Source: an uncultured Acidimicrobiia bacterium (lineage in GTDB: Bacteria > Acidobacteriota > Terriglobia > Versatilivoradales > Versatilivoraceae). From it: a DNA stretch of 64,000 nucleotides. The stretch is from the NCBI GenBank assembly GCA_963786955.1, contig CAWBAT010000004.1:32001-96000 (forward strand), in the 5' to 3' direction. Positions 21,148 to 29,759 of this stretch are shown here, piece by piece. The notes under the pieces were generated by a model that ran no database searches, had not been told where the DNA came from, and saw only the letters and a list, made by a program, of their open reading frames with translations. Position 1 is the stretch's first letter; every line of letters begins with the position of its first letter. The translations under genes and the position numbers were made by a program.

Positions 21148-21220
21148 GGAACGGCTCAGGCTTTCGACTTCCTAGGGACTCTTTACAATTAAGAAAGTCT
21201 TTGAGACCGGGAGCCGTTCC
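21148..21220. terminator. Long hairpin between convergent genes (possible terminator or repeat)
   Basis: GGAACGGCTC..GAGCCGTTCC arms. Confidence 0.4.
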
Positions 21221-21265
21221 TAAGAGAGTGTTTTGTTCGAACTCACGGCGCTTGTGAGCTAAACA

Positions 21266-21589
21266 TTACCTCTTGCCCGGGGAGCGATATTTCACCACTT
21301 TCTTGGACGCCTGATCTACTTCCTGTGGAGTGAGAAGCACTGTCGTTTTGAGGGTAACGGCTCCGCTGGCGTTGACCGCCATCGAGATGGCCGCAACGGT
21401 TGCCTGATTCGGTGCATCGACAATTATATAGACATCCGAATCCCCAAAAGCAAAATAAAACGCCTCAATTTTTCCGCCAGCGGCCTTGGTCATTTCCTCG
21501 ACCATCGCCTTGCGTTTTGACCCACCGTCTTTCAAAAGCCCTTTTGTTCCATCGGCAGTGTAAGATGCCTGCAAGAGATATTTAGGCAT
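21266..21589 (-). CDS. GYD domain protein
   Basis: MPKYLLQASYT..GGKIEAFYFAFGDSD; GGAGG RBS. Confidence 0.85.
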   Translation of the reverse strand: MPKYLLQASYTADGTKGLLKDGGSKRKAMVEEMTKAAGGKIEAFYFAFGDSDVYIIVDAPNQATVAAISMAVNASGAVTLKTTVLLTPQEVDQASKKVVKYRSPGKR

Positions 21590-21723
21590 ATACCACCTCC
21601 ATGATTTTTTTATTGTCGTCAAGGGGAACGTTACCACATTTTCTTTAGAATATCACTTTGACTCCTTGAGTATTGATCATTCGTGTCAGTTGCGTGTTCA
21701 TGCATCACAAAACAAAATAACAA

Positions 21724-22191
21724 TCATCCCTTTGGAATGACTTTGCGCCGGACCAGCCATCGAATCCAGAATTCCGAAAAACCATAGACCAAAATCGCCA
21801 GTGCAGAATAAACCAACTGCTTCGGGTTGTGGAGAAATTCCGCTAGAGTCTTTTGAAAACGCAGCTTTGCCGCTTGTTGGGTTGAGAGGGGTCTCCCCAT
21901 CTCGTCTTCCTCGCGGTCAGCCTTCGCGTCGCCATTATCATCAAAGCTAACGATCTGAGGAGGACCTGCCCGTTCATCGATCCATTTATCCCACTTCCCA
22001 TTCCGATCCAAGTCGCAAAATGTACGCCAAGGCCGGCCATTTCGAGTGTAGCGAACCATAGTTCCCGTTTCTGGCGAATCTTGACACCAGTCTTTATGCA
22101 AGGTGCCATAGCCAAAATAGTAGGCCATAGCTATCAAGATTAAAAGTGCGGCCGCTCTCAAAGGAAGGGAAATGAGATCCACCGAATTCAT
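21724..22191 (-). CDS. Two-TM hypothetical protein with DxDxNG-like loops
   Basis: Hydrophobic helices at both ends; DLDRNGKWD and DDNGDAKAD. Confidence 0.65.
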   Translation of the reverse strand: MNSVDLISLPLRAAALLILIAMAYYFGYGTLHKDWCQDSPETGTMVRYTRNGRPWRTFCDLDRNGKWDKWIDERAGPPQIVSFDDNGDAKADREEDEMGRPLSTQQAAKLRFQKTLAEFLHNPKQLVYSALAILVYGFSEFWIRWLVRRKVIPKG

Positions 22192-22360
22192 AGAATTCCC
22201 CTTAAATTTCATTTCTTTTGAATTTATCACGCCTAAGATATATTTCAGGTCTTGGATTTTAAGATAGATTTGATTGGAAATCCTCAAGCAAGAAACCACG
22301 TCGCAACTTGTCAGGGTTTCACAAATCATTGACCTCATACAAAAGCCAGGAGGAAGGCTG

Positions 22361-23575
22361 ATGACGCATTATGAGCAGATGATGCGAACGATCCGAGGAG
22401 AACCAACAGACCAGATTCCGTGGGCTCCCCGGATGGATCTGTGGTGTATTTCACTGCGTGCGCGGCAAGAATTACCGGCAAAGTTCACTGGACGAAATAC
22501 GGCTGAGATTGCGGATGTGCTCGACGTCGCCTGCCATGCCGTCCGTGCGGATTACACCCAGACACGGGATCCGCGCGATTTAATGCTGCGAGGGTTTGCT
22601 TTGGACAATCACCAGGATTACCCCTACCGAGTTGAAATGCATGACTTCCCTGTCGAATTCCATCATGACGACGAGAACTTGAGGACCACCATCCGAACTC
22701 CGAAGGGCGAAATCACGACACACTTACAATTTAATGCCGAGATGAAACGAACAGGGATCTCTATCCCCTTTGTGAAGCAATACCCCATTAGTTCCGTCAA
22801 AGACTTTGAGGCTGTGGGTCTCATATTCGACCACCTGGAGGTAATTCCAACTCCTGAAGCATACGCTCGTTTTCACGAACGGGTTGGCGAACGCGGCTTG
22901 GCTGTTGCCAACGGGCTGTCCCTGGCCTCTCCAATGCATCTGATCTTGCATGACCTGATGCACATGGAACAGTTCTTCTATGCGCAAGCCGATGAACCTG
23001 AAGCATTGAACGAACTGGCAGAACGAATGGTTCCCTTTTTTGAGAAGGCCTTGAGCGCGGCGTTGTTGTCCAATGCGGAAGTACTCTTCTGTGGCGGAAA
23101 TTATGATGATGCGCTTACTCCTCCCCCTTTCTTCAAGAAAGAGATTGCCCCCTGGTTGCGAAAACTGAGTGAGCGGATCCGGGCGGCTGGAAAGCTTTTG
23201 CTGACCCATTGCGACGGGGAGAACCGCCGCTTGATGACACAATATCCGGCATGCGGATTTGATGTGGCTGAGTCGGTCTGTCCAACCCCGATGACTTACT
23301 GTACTCTCGCTGAACTGCGTGCCGGTATGGGACCCAATATTACCATTTGGGGAGGGATTCCGGCTGTTGCTCTGCTCGATAACTCAATGGATGAAGCCAC
23401 CTTTGAGGCCTACCTGGATGAGTTGTTTGCTCATCTGGGTAGCGGAGAGCGGTTGATTCTTGGGGTATCGGATAATGTTCCTCCCGATGCCAATCTCGCG
23501 CGAATAGAAAGGATCAAGGAGCGAGTCGAGGCGTTCGGACCCGTCCGACCTTTGAAAAAAAACCCCGTCTCATGA
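22361..23575 (+). CDS. Uroporphyrinogen decarboxylase-family protein (MtaA/CmuA-like barrel)
   Basis: HCDG, IWGGIP, LILGVSDNVP; AGGAGG RBS. Confidence 0.82.
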   Translation: MTHYEQMMRTIRGEPTDQIPWAPRMDLWCISLRARQELPAKFTGRNTAEIADVLDVACHAVRADYTQTRDPRDLMLRGFALDNHQDYPYRVEMHDFPVEFHHDDENLRTTIRTPKGEITTHLQFNAEMKRTGISIPFVKQYPISSVKDFEAVGLIFDHLEVIPTPEAYARFHERVGERGLAVANGLSLASPMHLILHDLMHMEQFFYAQADEPEALNELAERMVPFFEKALSAALLSNAEVLFCGGNYDDALTPPPFFKKEIAPWLRKLSERIRAAGKLLLTHCDGENRRLMTQYPACGFDVAESVCPTPMTYCTLAELRAGMGPNITIWGGIPAVALLDNSMDEATFEAYLDELFAHLGSGERLILGVSDNVPPDANLARIERIKERVEAFGPVRPLKKNPVS

Positions 23576-23597
23576 TGTGCGAGCGGGGGATTTTTTG
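23553..23597. terminator. Probable intrinsic terminator
   Basis: A-run CCCCGTCTC..GAGCGGGG followed by a T-run at the gene end. Confidence 0.5.
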
Positions 23598-23857
23598 GGC
23601 ACGTTTTACGATTCCCATTTAGCCTGGCGTCGCGTGAGGCTGGGGCTTTGAGAAAATCCAAAGCCGACGACAGTTCTCATATTGTTGCAGGCTGAGTTAC
23701 CGACCGGGCGCAAACTTTTCCAAGCGTCGAGCGTGCTGAAGGATTTCTCTTAAGGTCTGTAGCGTTTCATTTCGAAAACAAATCATCGAATTTTAGAGGT
23801 CGCAGACCTCCACACCTGGGAGGTATGGACTTTAATACTTTAAAGGAGACTGGTGAC

Positions 23858-25081
23858 ATGAGAAGAGTGCAGCTTCAACAGTTCATCGATTTAACCCAAT
23901 CTAAGGGAATGGATTCCGCCACAGCCCCATCCCTCCCCCTGTCCCACTCCCAACGGGATAGGACGATCCACCGGCCGGAAGGACCTACTCAGACGGATCG
24001 AAGCTCGGGAGTTAAGCTGGATCGCCGCTCGTTCTTTTCAGTGGCGGCCAGCCTAGCGGCACTGACGAGCATGGCTCCAACAGCCTTTGCGCGAAATTTT
24101 GGGCAGGATGCAGAACCGCAGCGATATCCGGACCCGGATATCGTTGTCCTCGACAAACGATTCAAATACAAGATCGGAAATACCCCAATCCAGCGGCTGT
24201 ATCGTGGGACACTCTGGGCGGAAGGGCCGGCTTGGAGTGGCGTCGGACGCTATCTGCTCTGGAGCGACATTCCGAATAACGAACAACTTCGTTGGCTCGA
24301 GGAAGACGGATATGTAGCCCGCCGATTTCGCTTTCCCACCGGGAATAGTAATGGAAATACGTTCGATTTTCAGGGCCGCCAGATCGCCTGTGAGCACGGA
24401 ACTCACCGGGTCGTTCGTTATGAACTGGATGGCAGCGTGACCGTCCTTGCCGAGAACTTCAATGGCAAGCCGCTCAACGCCCCCAATGATGTTGTCGTCT
24501 ATCCCAACGATGGATCTATCTGGTTTACCGATCCCGGTTACGGTAGTTTGATGAATTATGAAGGGCACCGGGCCAATACGAGTTCCGTCCAGCCTTTCCA
24601 GAAGGAAGCGGTGTACCGCATTGACGCTCAGACCGGCAAGATCGAGCTTGTTGCCGATCAGCCCTACAAACCAAACGGAATCTGTTTTTCCAATGATTAC
24701 AAGCGACTCTATATCGCGGACACCGGCGGGTCTCATTATCCCGAAGCCAAGAATATTATCTGGGTTTATGACTTCGATGGCCGAACCCTCAAGAATCCGA
24801 GAACATTCATTAATATGGAATTAAATGGAAAATCTGGATTCTCGGACGGGATTCGTTGTGATGAAGATGGCAACGTCTGGTCGAGTGCCGGTTGGGTGGG
24901 CGATGGCTACGACGGAGTTCACGTATTCGCTCCGAATGGAGACCGGATTGGGCAAATCCGCCTGCCTGAAATCTGTTCCAATGTGTGTTTCGGTGGAACG
25001 AAACGCAACCGGCTATTCATGACTGGCAGCCAATCTCTCTATGCCGTGTTCGTCGAGACGAGAGGCGCGCACATCACGTAG
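23858..25081 (+). CDS. SMP-30/gluconolactonase family protein, Tat-like signal
   Basis: DRRSFF; WAEGP, SNGNTFD, NAPND, PNGICFS, DGIRCD, SNVCFGG; start uncertain (23825, 23858 or later). Confidence 0.9.
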   Translation: MRRVQLQQFIDLTQSKGMDSATAPSLPLSHSQRDRTIHRPEGPTQTDRSSGVKLDRRSFFSVAASLAALTSMAPTAFARNFGQDAEPQRYPDPDIVVLDKRFKYKIGNTPIQRLYRGTLWAEGPAWSGVGRYLLWSDIPNNEQLRWLEEDGYVARRFRFPTGNSNGNTFDFQGRQIACEHGTHRVVRYELDGSVTVLAENFNGKPLNAPNDVVVYPNDGSIWFTDPGYGSLMNYEGHRANTSSVQPFQKEAVYRIDAQTGKIELVADQPYKPNGICFSNDYKRLYIADTGGSHYPEAKNIIWVYDFDGRTLKNPRTFINMELNGKSGFSDGIRCDEDGNVWSSAGWVGDGYDGVHVFAPNGDRIGQIRLPEICSNVCFGGTKRNRLFMTGSQSLYAVFVETRGAHIT

Positions 25082-25110
25082 TCTTGGAATCACAGGCTAC
25101 TCCCTGGCGT

Positions 25111-25307
25111 CTTCATTTGCCATTGTTCATCGTTCATTTCTCATTTGCCATTTTCAAGTGGTGTTACGTGTGCGGGGTTCTCACACGGCAAATCACAATG
25201 GCGAATGCTCGTTTCGTTCATTTATTCATTGGTGGGTACCGTCGTTGTGATTTCATCAAATCCTCCAATAGGAAATGGGAAATGAACGATGAACAATGGC
25301 AAATAAG
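25111..25307. repeat. Inverted repeat built from heptamer-like units
   Basis: ATTTGCCATTGTTCATCGTTCATTTC (25115-25140) and its perfect reverse complement (25279-25304). Confidence 0.75.
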
Positions 25308-25353
25308 AAACTATTGACACGGCTGAATGCACTGGGGGGGGGCGGACGGGAAT

Positions 25354-26691
25354 ATGATGAATGATCCTATGCAGAACTTGCCACATTGGTTCCACCCAAC
25401 CCAGCGCCCCTATCGTTTCACGGTTCTGCTTTTTGCCAGCCTCATCACTTCCGGGAGTTACTTTGCATATGACAGCGTGGGGGCTATCCCCGATCAGCTC
25501 ATGCGGAAATGGGGAGTGGATCAGGCTTCAATCGGCAGCTTGTATTCGGTGTACAGCTTGTCTGCCATATTGACTCTGCTATTTGGCGGAATCTTGATCG
25601 ACAAAATTGGGACTAGAAAATCGAGTTTGCTCTTTTCCGGGGTGGTGACGATGGGAGCCGCGCTGGTAGCCTTTGCCCCCAATATTCAGGTCGCTTACGC
25701 CGGGCGCTTCCTTTTTGGAGCTGGTTCTGAGTCCCTCATCACCGCCCAGAATGCTATCCTGGCACGCTGGTTCAAAGGCAAGGAACTCGCTCTGGCTTTT
25801 GGTGCCACACTGACAATCTGTCGGCTGGGAACCCTGTTTAGTTTCAACTCCGAAGCCTTGATTGCGGAGCGTTTCAGCCCCGAGATGGCGCTTTGGGCAG
25901 CCGTTCTATTCTGTGCGCTTAGTTTACTCACTAACCTGATTTTCGTTTTTCTGGACAAACGAGGAGAACGGGCATTAGGACTGGTTAACGGGGCATCGAG
26001 TGACAGAATTGTATTCAAAGAGATCCGCGATTTCTCGAAATCATATTGGTATGTCACTCTCCTTTGCCTGACGTTTTATTCTGCCATCTTCCCTTTTACT
26101 GCCCTTTCCACCAACTTTTTCGCCGAAAAATGGGGTCTGCCTAGCGCTTCGGGCGAGGGGTTAGGTTTTTTCCAGGCGGTCTTCTCCAACTTCATGCATT
26201 TGTTTTCAACTGCCCCCGGGACTTCATCAATCATCATCTTCGCGTCGATGGTGTTTGCTCCATTCGCCGGGGGACTGGTAGATCGGATCGGGAAAAGGGC
26301 TACCATGATGTTGTTCGGATCCTTGCTCATGATTCCCTCATACCTGCTGCTGGCATTCACAACCTTACCTCCCAAATTTGCGATGTGCCTCCTGGGAGCC
26401 TCATTCGTTCTGGTCCCAGCAGCCATGTGGCCGTCGATTCCACTGGTTGTCAAACCGCAGTTAATCGGAACCGCCTTTGGTCTGACGAATATGATCCAGA
26501 ATATCGGCCTGATGACTTTCCCGTGGCTTAATGGTCATTTGCGAGTGCTGACACAGAACTACACCGCCAGCATGATCATGTTCGCCAGTCTGGGCTTGCT
26601 CGGTTTTGTTCTTTCGATTGCTTTAAGATCTGCAGATGCCAAGAGTGGGGGCATTCTGGAGAACCCCGGGAGCCAAGGGGAAAAAGACTGA
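25354..26691 (+). CDS. MFS transporter, MFSD1-like
   Basis: About 12 hydrophobic segments; GILIDKIGTRK and GLVDRIGKR loop motifs; YFAYD, WFKGKELALAFG, GTAFG..IQNIGL. Confidence 0.9.
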   Translation: MMNDPMQNLPHWFHPTQRPYRFTVLLFASLITSGSYFAYDSVGAIPDQLMRKWGVDQASIGSLYSVYSLSAILTLLFGGILIDKIGTRKSSLLFSGVVTMGAALVAFAPNIQVAYAGRFLFGAGSESLITAQNAILARWFKGKELALAFGATLTICRLGTLFSFNSEALIAERFSPEMALWAAVLFCALSLLTNLIFVFLDKRGERALGLVNGASSDRIVFKEIRDFSKSYWYVTLLCLTFYSAIFPFTALSTNFFAEKWGLPSASGEGLGFFQAVFSNFMHLFSTAPGTSSIIIFASMVFAPFAGGLVDRIGKRATMMLFGSLLMIPSYLLLAFTTLPPKFAMCLLGASFVLVPAAMWPSIPLVVKPQLIGTAFGLTNMIQNIGLMTFPWLNGHLRVLTQNYTASMIMFASLGLLGFVLSIALRSADAKSGGILENPGSQGEKD

Positions 26692-26779
26692 GCTAAGGAC
26701 CTGCTGATCCAGTCCTATGTCGTTGGGGTAGGAATCTATTCCGATAACGATTTGAGGTAGGCTCCCAAGATAATAAGGT

Positions 26780-27241
26780 CTACCAGAAGATCACGAGCAG
26801 CAACGCGAAAGTCATAAGACAAAAAGGAGCCAATGCAGGTAGCCCTTCATTATAAGAGGAAGCCGCTAAAGCAGAGCCGTAGAAGCATAACAAGAGCGCC
26901 GCAAGCTTTACGGGGACCTTATACAAACCTTTCCTTCGGGTTATTACTACGCCAAGCCCCATAGCTCCGCAAGCAATGAGGAGGGACCCGAACGGGCTGC
27001 TAGGAAGCACCGAACATAGATCCGCGGCCCTTGCAGCTGCGGTGGGTGATGACATCAGTGTTACGGCAAATAATACCGATGATAGGCACACTGCCAGTTT
27101 GAGAATTTTCACGCAGAGTTCTTTCGAGAGTCCTTCGGGAGTCTTCGTCCAAACTTGACTCATTCTTGCAAGTGGGCAGCCAAACGATGACGCCAGCAAA
27201 CTCGCGCTGTGAAAGGATTCTGTGGGTTTCAACTTTGTCAT
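26780..27241 (-). CDS. Hypothetical membrane protein (start uncertain)
   Basis: ORF with about 4 hydrophobic segments; no recognised family. Confidence 0.45.
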   Translation of the reverse strand: MTKLKPTESFHSASLLASSFGCPLARMSQVWTKTPEGLSKELCVKILKLAVCLSSVLFAVTLMSSPTAAARAADLCSVLPSSPFGSLLIACGAMGLGVVITRRKGLYKVPVKLAALLLCFYGSALAASSYNEGLPALAPFCLMTFALLLVIFW

Positions 27242-27413
27242 TGGAAAAAAATTCTATTTAAGTGGAATGATTGTGATGCAGGTGAGCCCCGAGGGTTAAC
27301 CGTTCGAAGAAGAGTGGTGTACGGTGCGTCTGAGCCGGCGAGGAAAAACAGTCAGCAGCCCTATTGAGGAGAGGTGCAGAGCACGCGTGAAGGTGTGAAA
27401 GAATTGAGAGCTC

Positions 27414-27575
27414 CGTAGGGAACGGACGCTGTTCCGTTCCTTGTAGAGTTGCGAAACCATTTGAATTCACTGCTCCTCGGCAACGGGGAACGCTACGGCG
27501 AGCGTTCCCTACAACCAGTTCGACAATTCTTTCACACCTTCCCTCCGGCGGAGGGGAATCATTCGGACTCCTCTT
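27414..27575. repeat. GTAG-type REP pair followed by a CCCCTCC..GGAGGGG hairpin repeat
   Basis: GTAGGGAACGGAC..TTCCGTTCC and GGAACGCT..AGCGTTCCCTAC; TTCACACCTTCCCCTCCGGCGGAGGGGAAT is nearly the reverse complement of about 47624-47652. Confidence 0.7.
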
Positions 27576-27640
27576 GGGAGGAGAATAATTCGGTGCCATT
27601 AGCCCTCAGGAGTGGGTCTTTGACGGTTGCAACAACCCAA

Positions 27641-27727
27641 TTTTTCATTGGTCAATTTCCATTTGCCATCATTCATTTAAGCCTCTCAATGGAAAATGAG
27701 AAATGAACAGTGAACAATAACAAATGA
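27641..27727. repeat. Second heptamer-like inverted repeat element
   Basis: TTTTTCATTGGTCAATTTCCATTTGCCAT..CAATGGAAAATGAGAAATGAACAGTGAACAAT; similar to 25111-25307. Confidence 0.65.
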
Positions 27728-27774
27728 GCCCCTTTGAAAATCCCATTCTTTAAAGGATGGAGCGGACAAACAGA

Positions 27775-28821
27775 TCACCCATTGAGGGTATTTGCAACGC
27801 CAAGGAGCAGTATGGCAACAATGAGTAAGGCGACGCCTACAGCCATAAGCTGCAACGCAGTGCGGCCGGCATGTTTCCATTCCCCATTCACAAAACCCAA
27901 GACGTTCCCGGTCAGGATGGAAGCGATCAACATCATCGGAAAACCAATGTAAGCCCCCAAATGTCCCAATCGAACAGCCCCGGCACCATAAACAATAATG
28001 CCACCTGCCCATACGATCCCCATAATTGCAGCCGCTATCCAGTACCATCCCGTACCGTTTTCTCTGAAGAGAGGTCCCGTTCCATTCCGGCGGATTAGAA
28101 AGGCACAATAAGCCACATTCACAAGAAAGTTTGCGGTGAAGACTAATGCCCATACGGCGTTGCTGGCATTGGCCGTATGGGCACCATGTTTAATTGCTTG
28201 TTCAGAGATCTCGGTTCCGAAGATGAGCCCAAAGTTCACGAGTGCGGAAAAAAGGCCTGCAGCGACGCAAAAGAATAAACCCTTAGAGAAATTAGACTGA
28301 TGCGGCGAAACATCCAGGGTCAGGGAATTGTGCTGGTTTTGATGTTCCCCTTTCCTTTTGCCAGCCAAAGCACAGACAATCAGACCTGAGATCATGACAG
28401 CGATACCACACAGAACGACCAGTCCCGAGGGCTTAGCCAACTGTTCAGGATGTTCCATCAAGAGAGGAATCAAAGATCCGTTAATCGCAATAAGGCCAAA
28501 AATCAAAGATAATCCCAGAGACAGCCCCACCGTACTGATGCCCAGTCCAAAAAAAACTCCTCCAGCCCCCCATCCTGCGCCAAAGAGCAGAGCCATCAGG
28601 ATTGATTGCAGCGAAGAGCTTCGATAGACCTCCACCAACTCGGGAATTGTCAACACCGCAACGGGCCATGGAATCAAGAGTAAGGCCATCAAGGAACCGG
28701 CGCCCCAAATATTTTCCCACTTCCATTTCGGCGTCAGTTTCAGAGGCAGGGCAAAAGCGCCCTCCATGACCCCACCGAGCAGGATCAACAAAATTCCGGT
28801 GATGTACGAGTTTGTTTCCAT
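27775..28821 (-). CDS. RhaT-family (L-rhamnose/proton symporter-like) transporter
   Basis: FALPLK..WKWENIW, LFGAGWG, GSLIPL, GEWK motifs; about 10 TM segments. Confidence 0.85.
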   Translation of the reverse strand: METNSYITGILLILLGGVMEGAFALPLKLTPKWKWENIWGAGSLMALLLIPWPVAVLTIPELVEVYRSSSLQSILMALLFGAGWGAGGVFFGLGISTVGLSLGLSLIFGLIAINGSLIPLLMEHPEQLAKPSGLVVLCGIAVMISGLIVCALAGKRKGEHQNQHNSLTLDVSPHQSNFSKGLFFCVAAGLFSALVNFGLIFGTEISEQAIKHGAHTANASNAVWALVFTANFLVNVAYCAFLIRRNGTGPLFRENGTGWYWIAAAIMGIVWAGGIIVYGAGAVRLGHLGAYIGFPMMLIASILTGNVLGFVNGEWKHAGRTALQLMAVGVALLIVAILLLGVANTLNG

Positions 28822-28833
28822 TGGGTTCTTCGC

Positions 28834-29652
28834 CTATTGTGATCCGGCAAATGTACTTGCCTTGCCCAAACCTTCGCTTCCCAGCCCCTGGTATCCTCCG
28901 TCAATAGCCAAATCGGCTGCCGTGATGAAAGAAGCATCATCGCTCAGCAAAAAGAGGATAGGGCCGGCGCATTCAACCGGTTCCCCGCAGCGTTCGAGCA
29001 TATGAAACTGCCCCCAGATTGGCTCCCACTTGGCTCGGTCACCCATGGCCGCTTTGTCGACTTCGCGAGTCCAGATCCACCCGGGACTCACACTGTTCAC
29101 CCGGATACCGTAAGGGGCCAAATCCAGGGCCATACACTTCGTCATGGTATGAACGGCTCCCTTAGCGGCGTTATAGGTCCAGCGATTGGGCTGGGCAATA
29201 AAAGCGGAAATGCTGGACATATTCACGATAGCCCCTCCTCCCAGTTCCTTCATGGATGGGACGACTTCCTGCGCCATCACAGCATAGGCAATCGGGCCGG
29301 CCTGGAAGACGCGATCCCAATCTTCCTTCGTGCTATCCAAACCTTTCGCCGTGAAAGAAAAGGCGTTGTTCACCAAGTAATTAACCTTTCCCCATTTGGC
29401 AATTGTTTGTTCGACAACATCTTTGCAGAATAGCTCTATGGCCATGTCACCGCGACAGAAGAGGACGTCATGGCCAGTGTCTGTCAACTGCTTCGCGGTG
29501 GTTAGCCCGATTTCGCTAATCCCGGTGAAGGCAACCCGTGCGCCTTCCTTGCAAAGTTCTTCAACCGTGGCTCTTCCAATTCCTGATGATCCGCCGGTAA
29601 CAATAGCCACTTTATCTTTGAAACGGTCTTTAATCGGTTCTCGGTTTTTCAT
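28834..29652 (-). CDS. SDR family oxidoreductase
   Basis: TGGSSGIG, VNNA, YNAAK, IRVNSVSPG, IDGG. Confidence 0.93.
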   Translation of the reverse strand: MKNREPIKDRFKDKVAIVTGGSSGIGRATVEELCKEGARVAFTGISEIGLTTAKQLTDTGHDVLFCRGDMAIELFCKDVVEQTIAKWGKVNYLVNNAFSFTAKGLDSTKEDWDRVFQAGPIAYAVMAQEVVPSMKELGGGAIVNMSSISAFIAQPNRWTYNAAKGAVHTMTKCMALDLAPYGIRVNSVSPGWIWTREVDKAAMGDRAKWEPIWGQFHMLERCGEPVECAGPILFLLSDDASFITAADLAIDGGYQGLGSEGLGKASTFAGSQ

Positions 29653-29759
29653 CTGTATCACCCTCGTATCATCGATTGTCTATGGGACCGCGAAGGGATA
29701 TCCCTTGCACAAACCTGTCCAGTCCGGGGAAGAAGTGAGATGAGTTCCCGGTTTCACCT

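Noticed and set aside
24053-24736. 227-aa minus-strand ORF
   Set aside because: Antisense to the gluconolactonase gene
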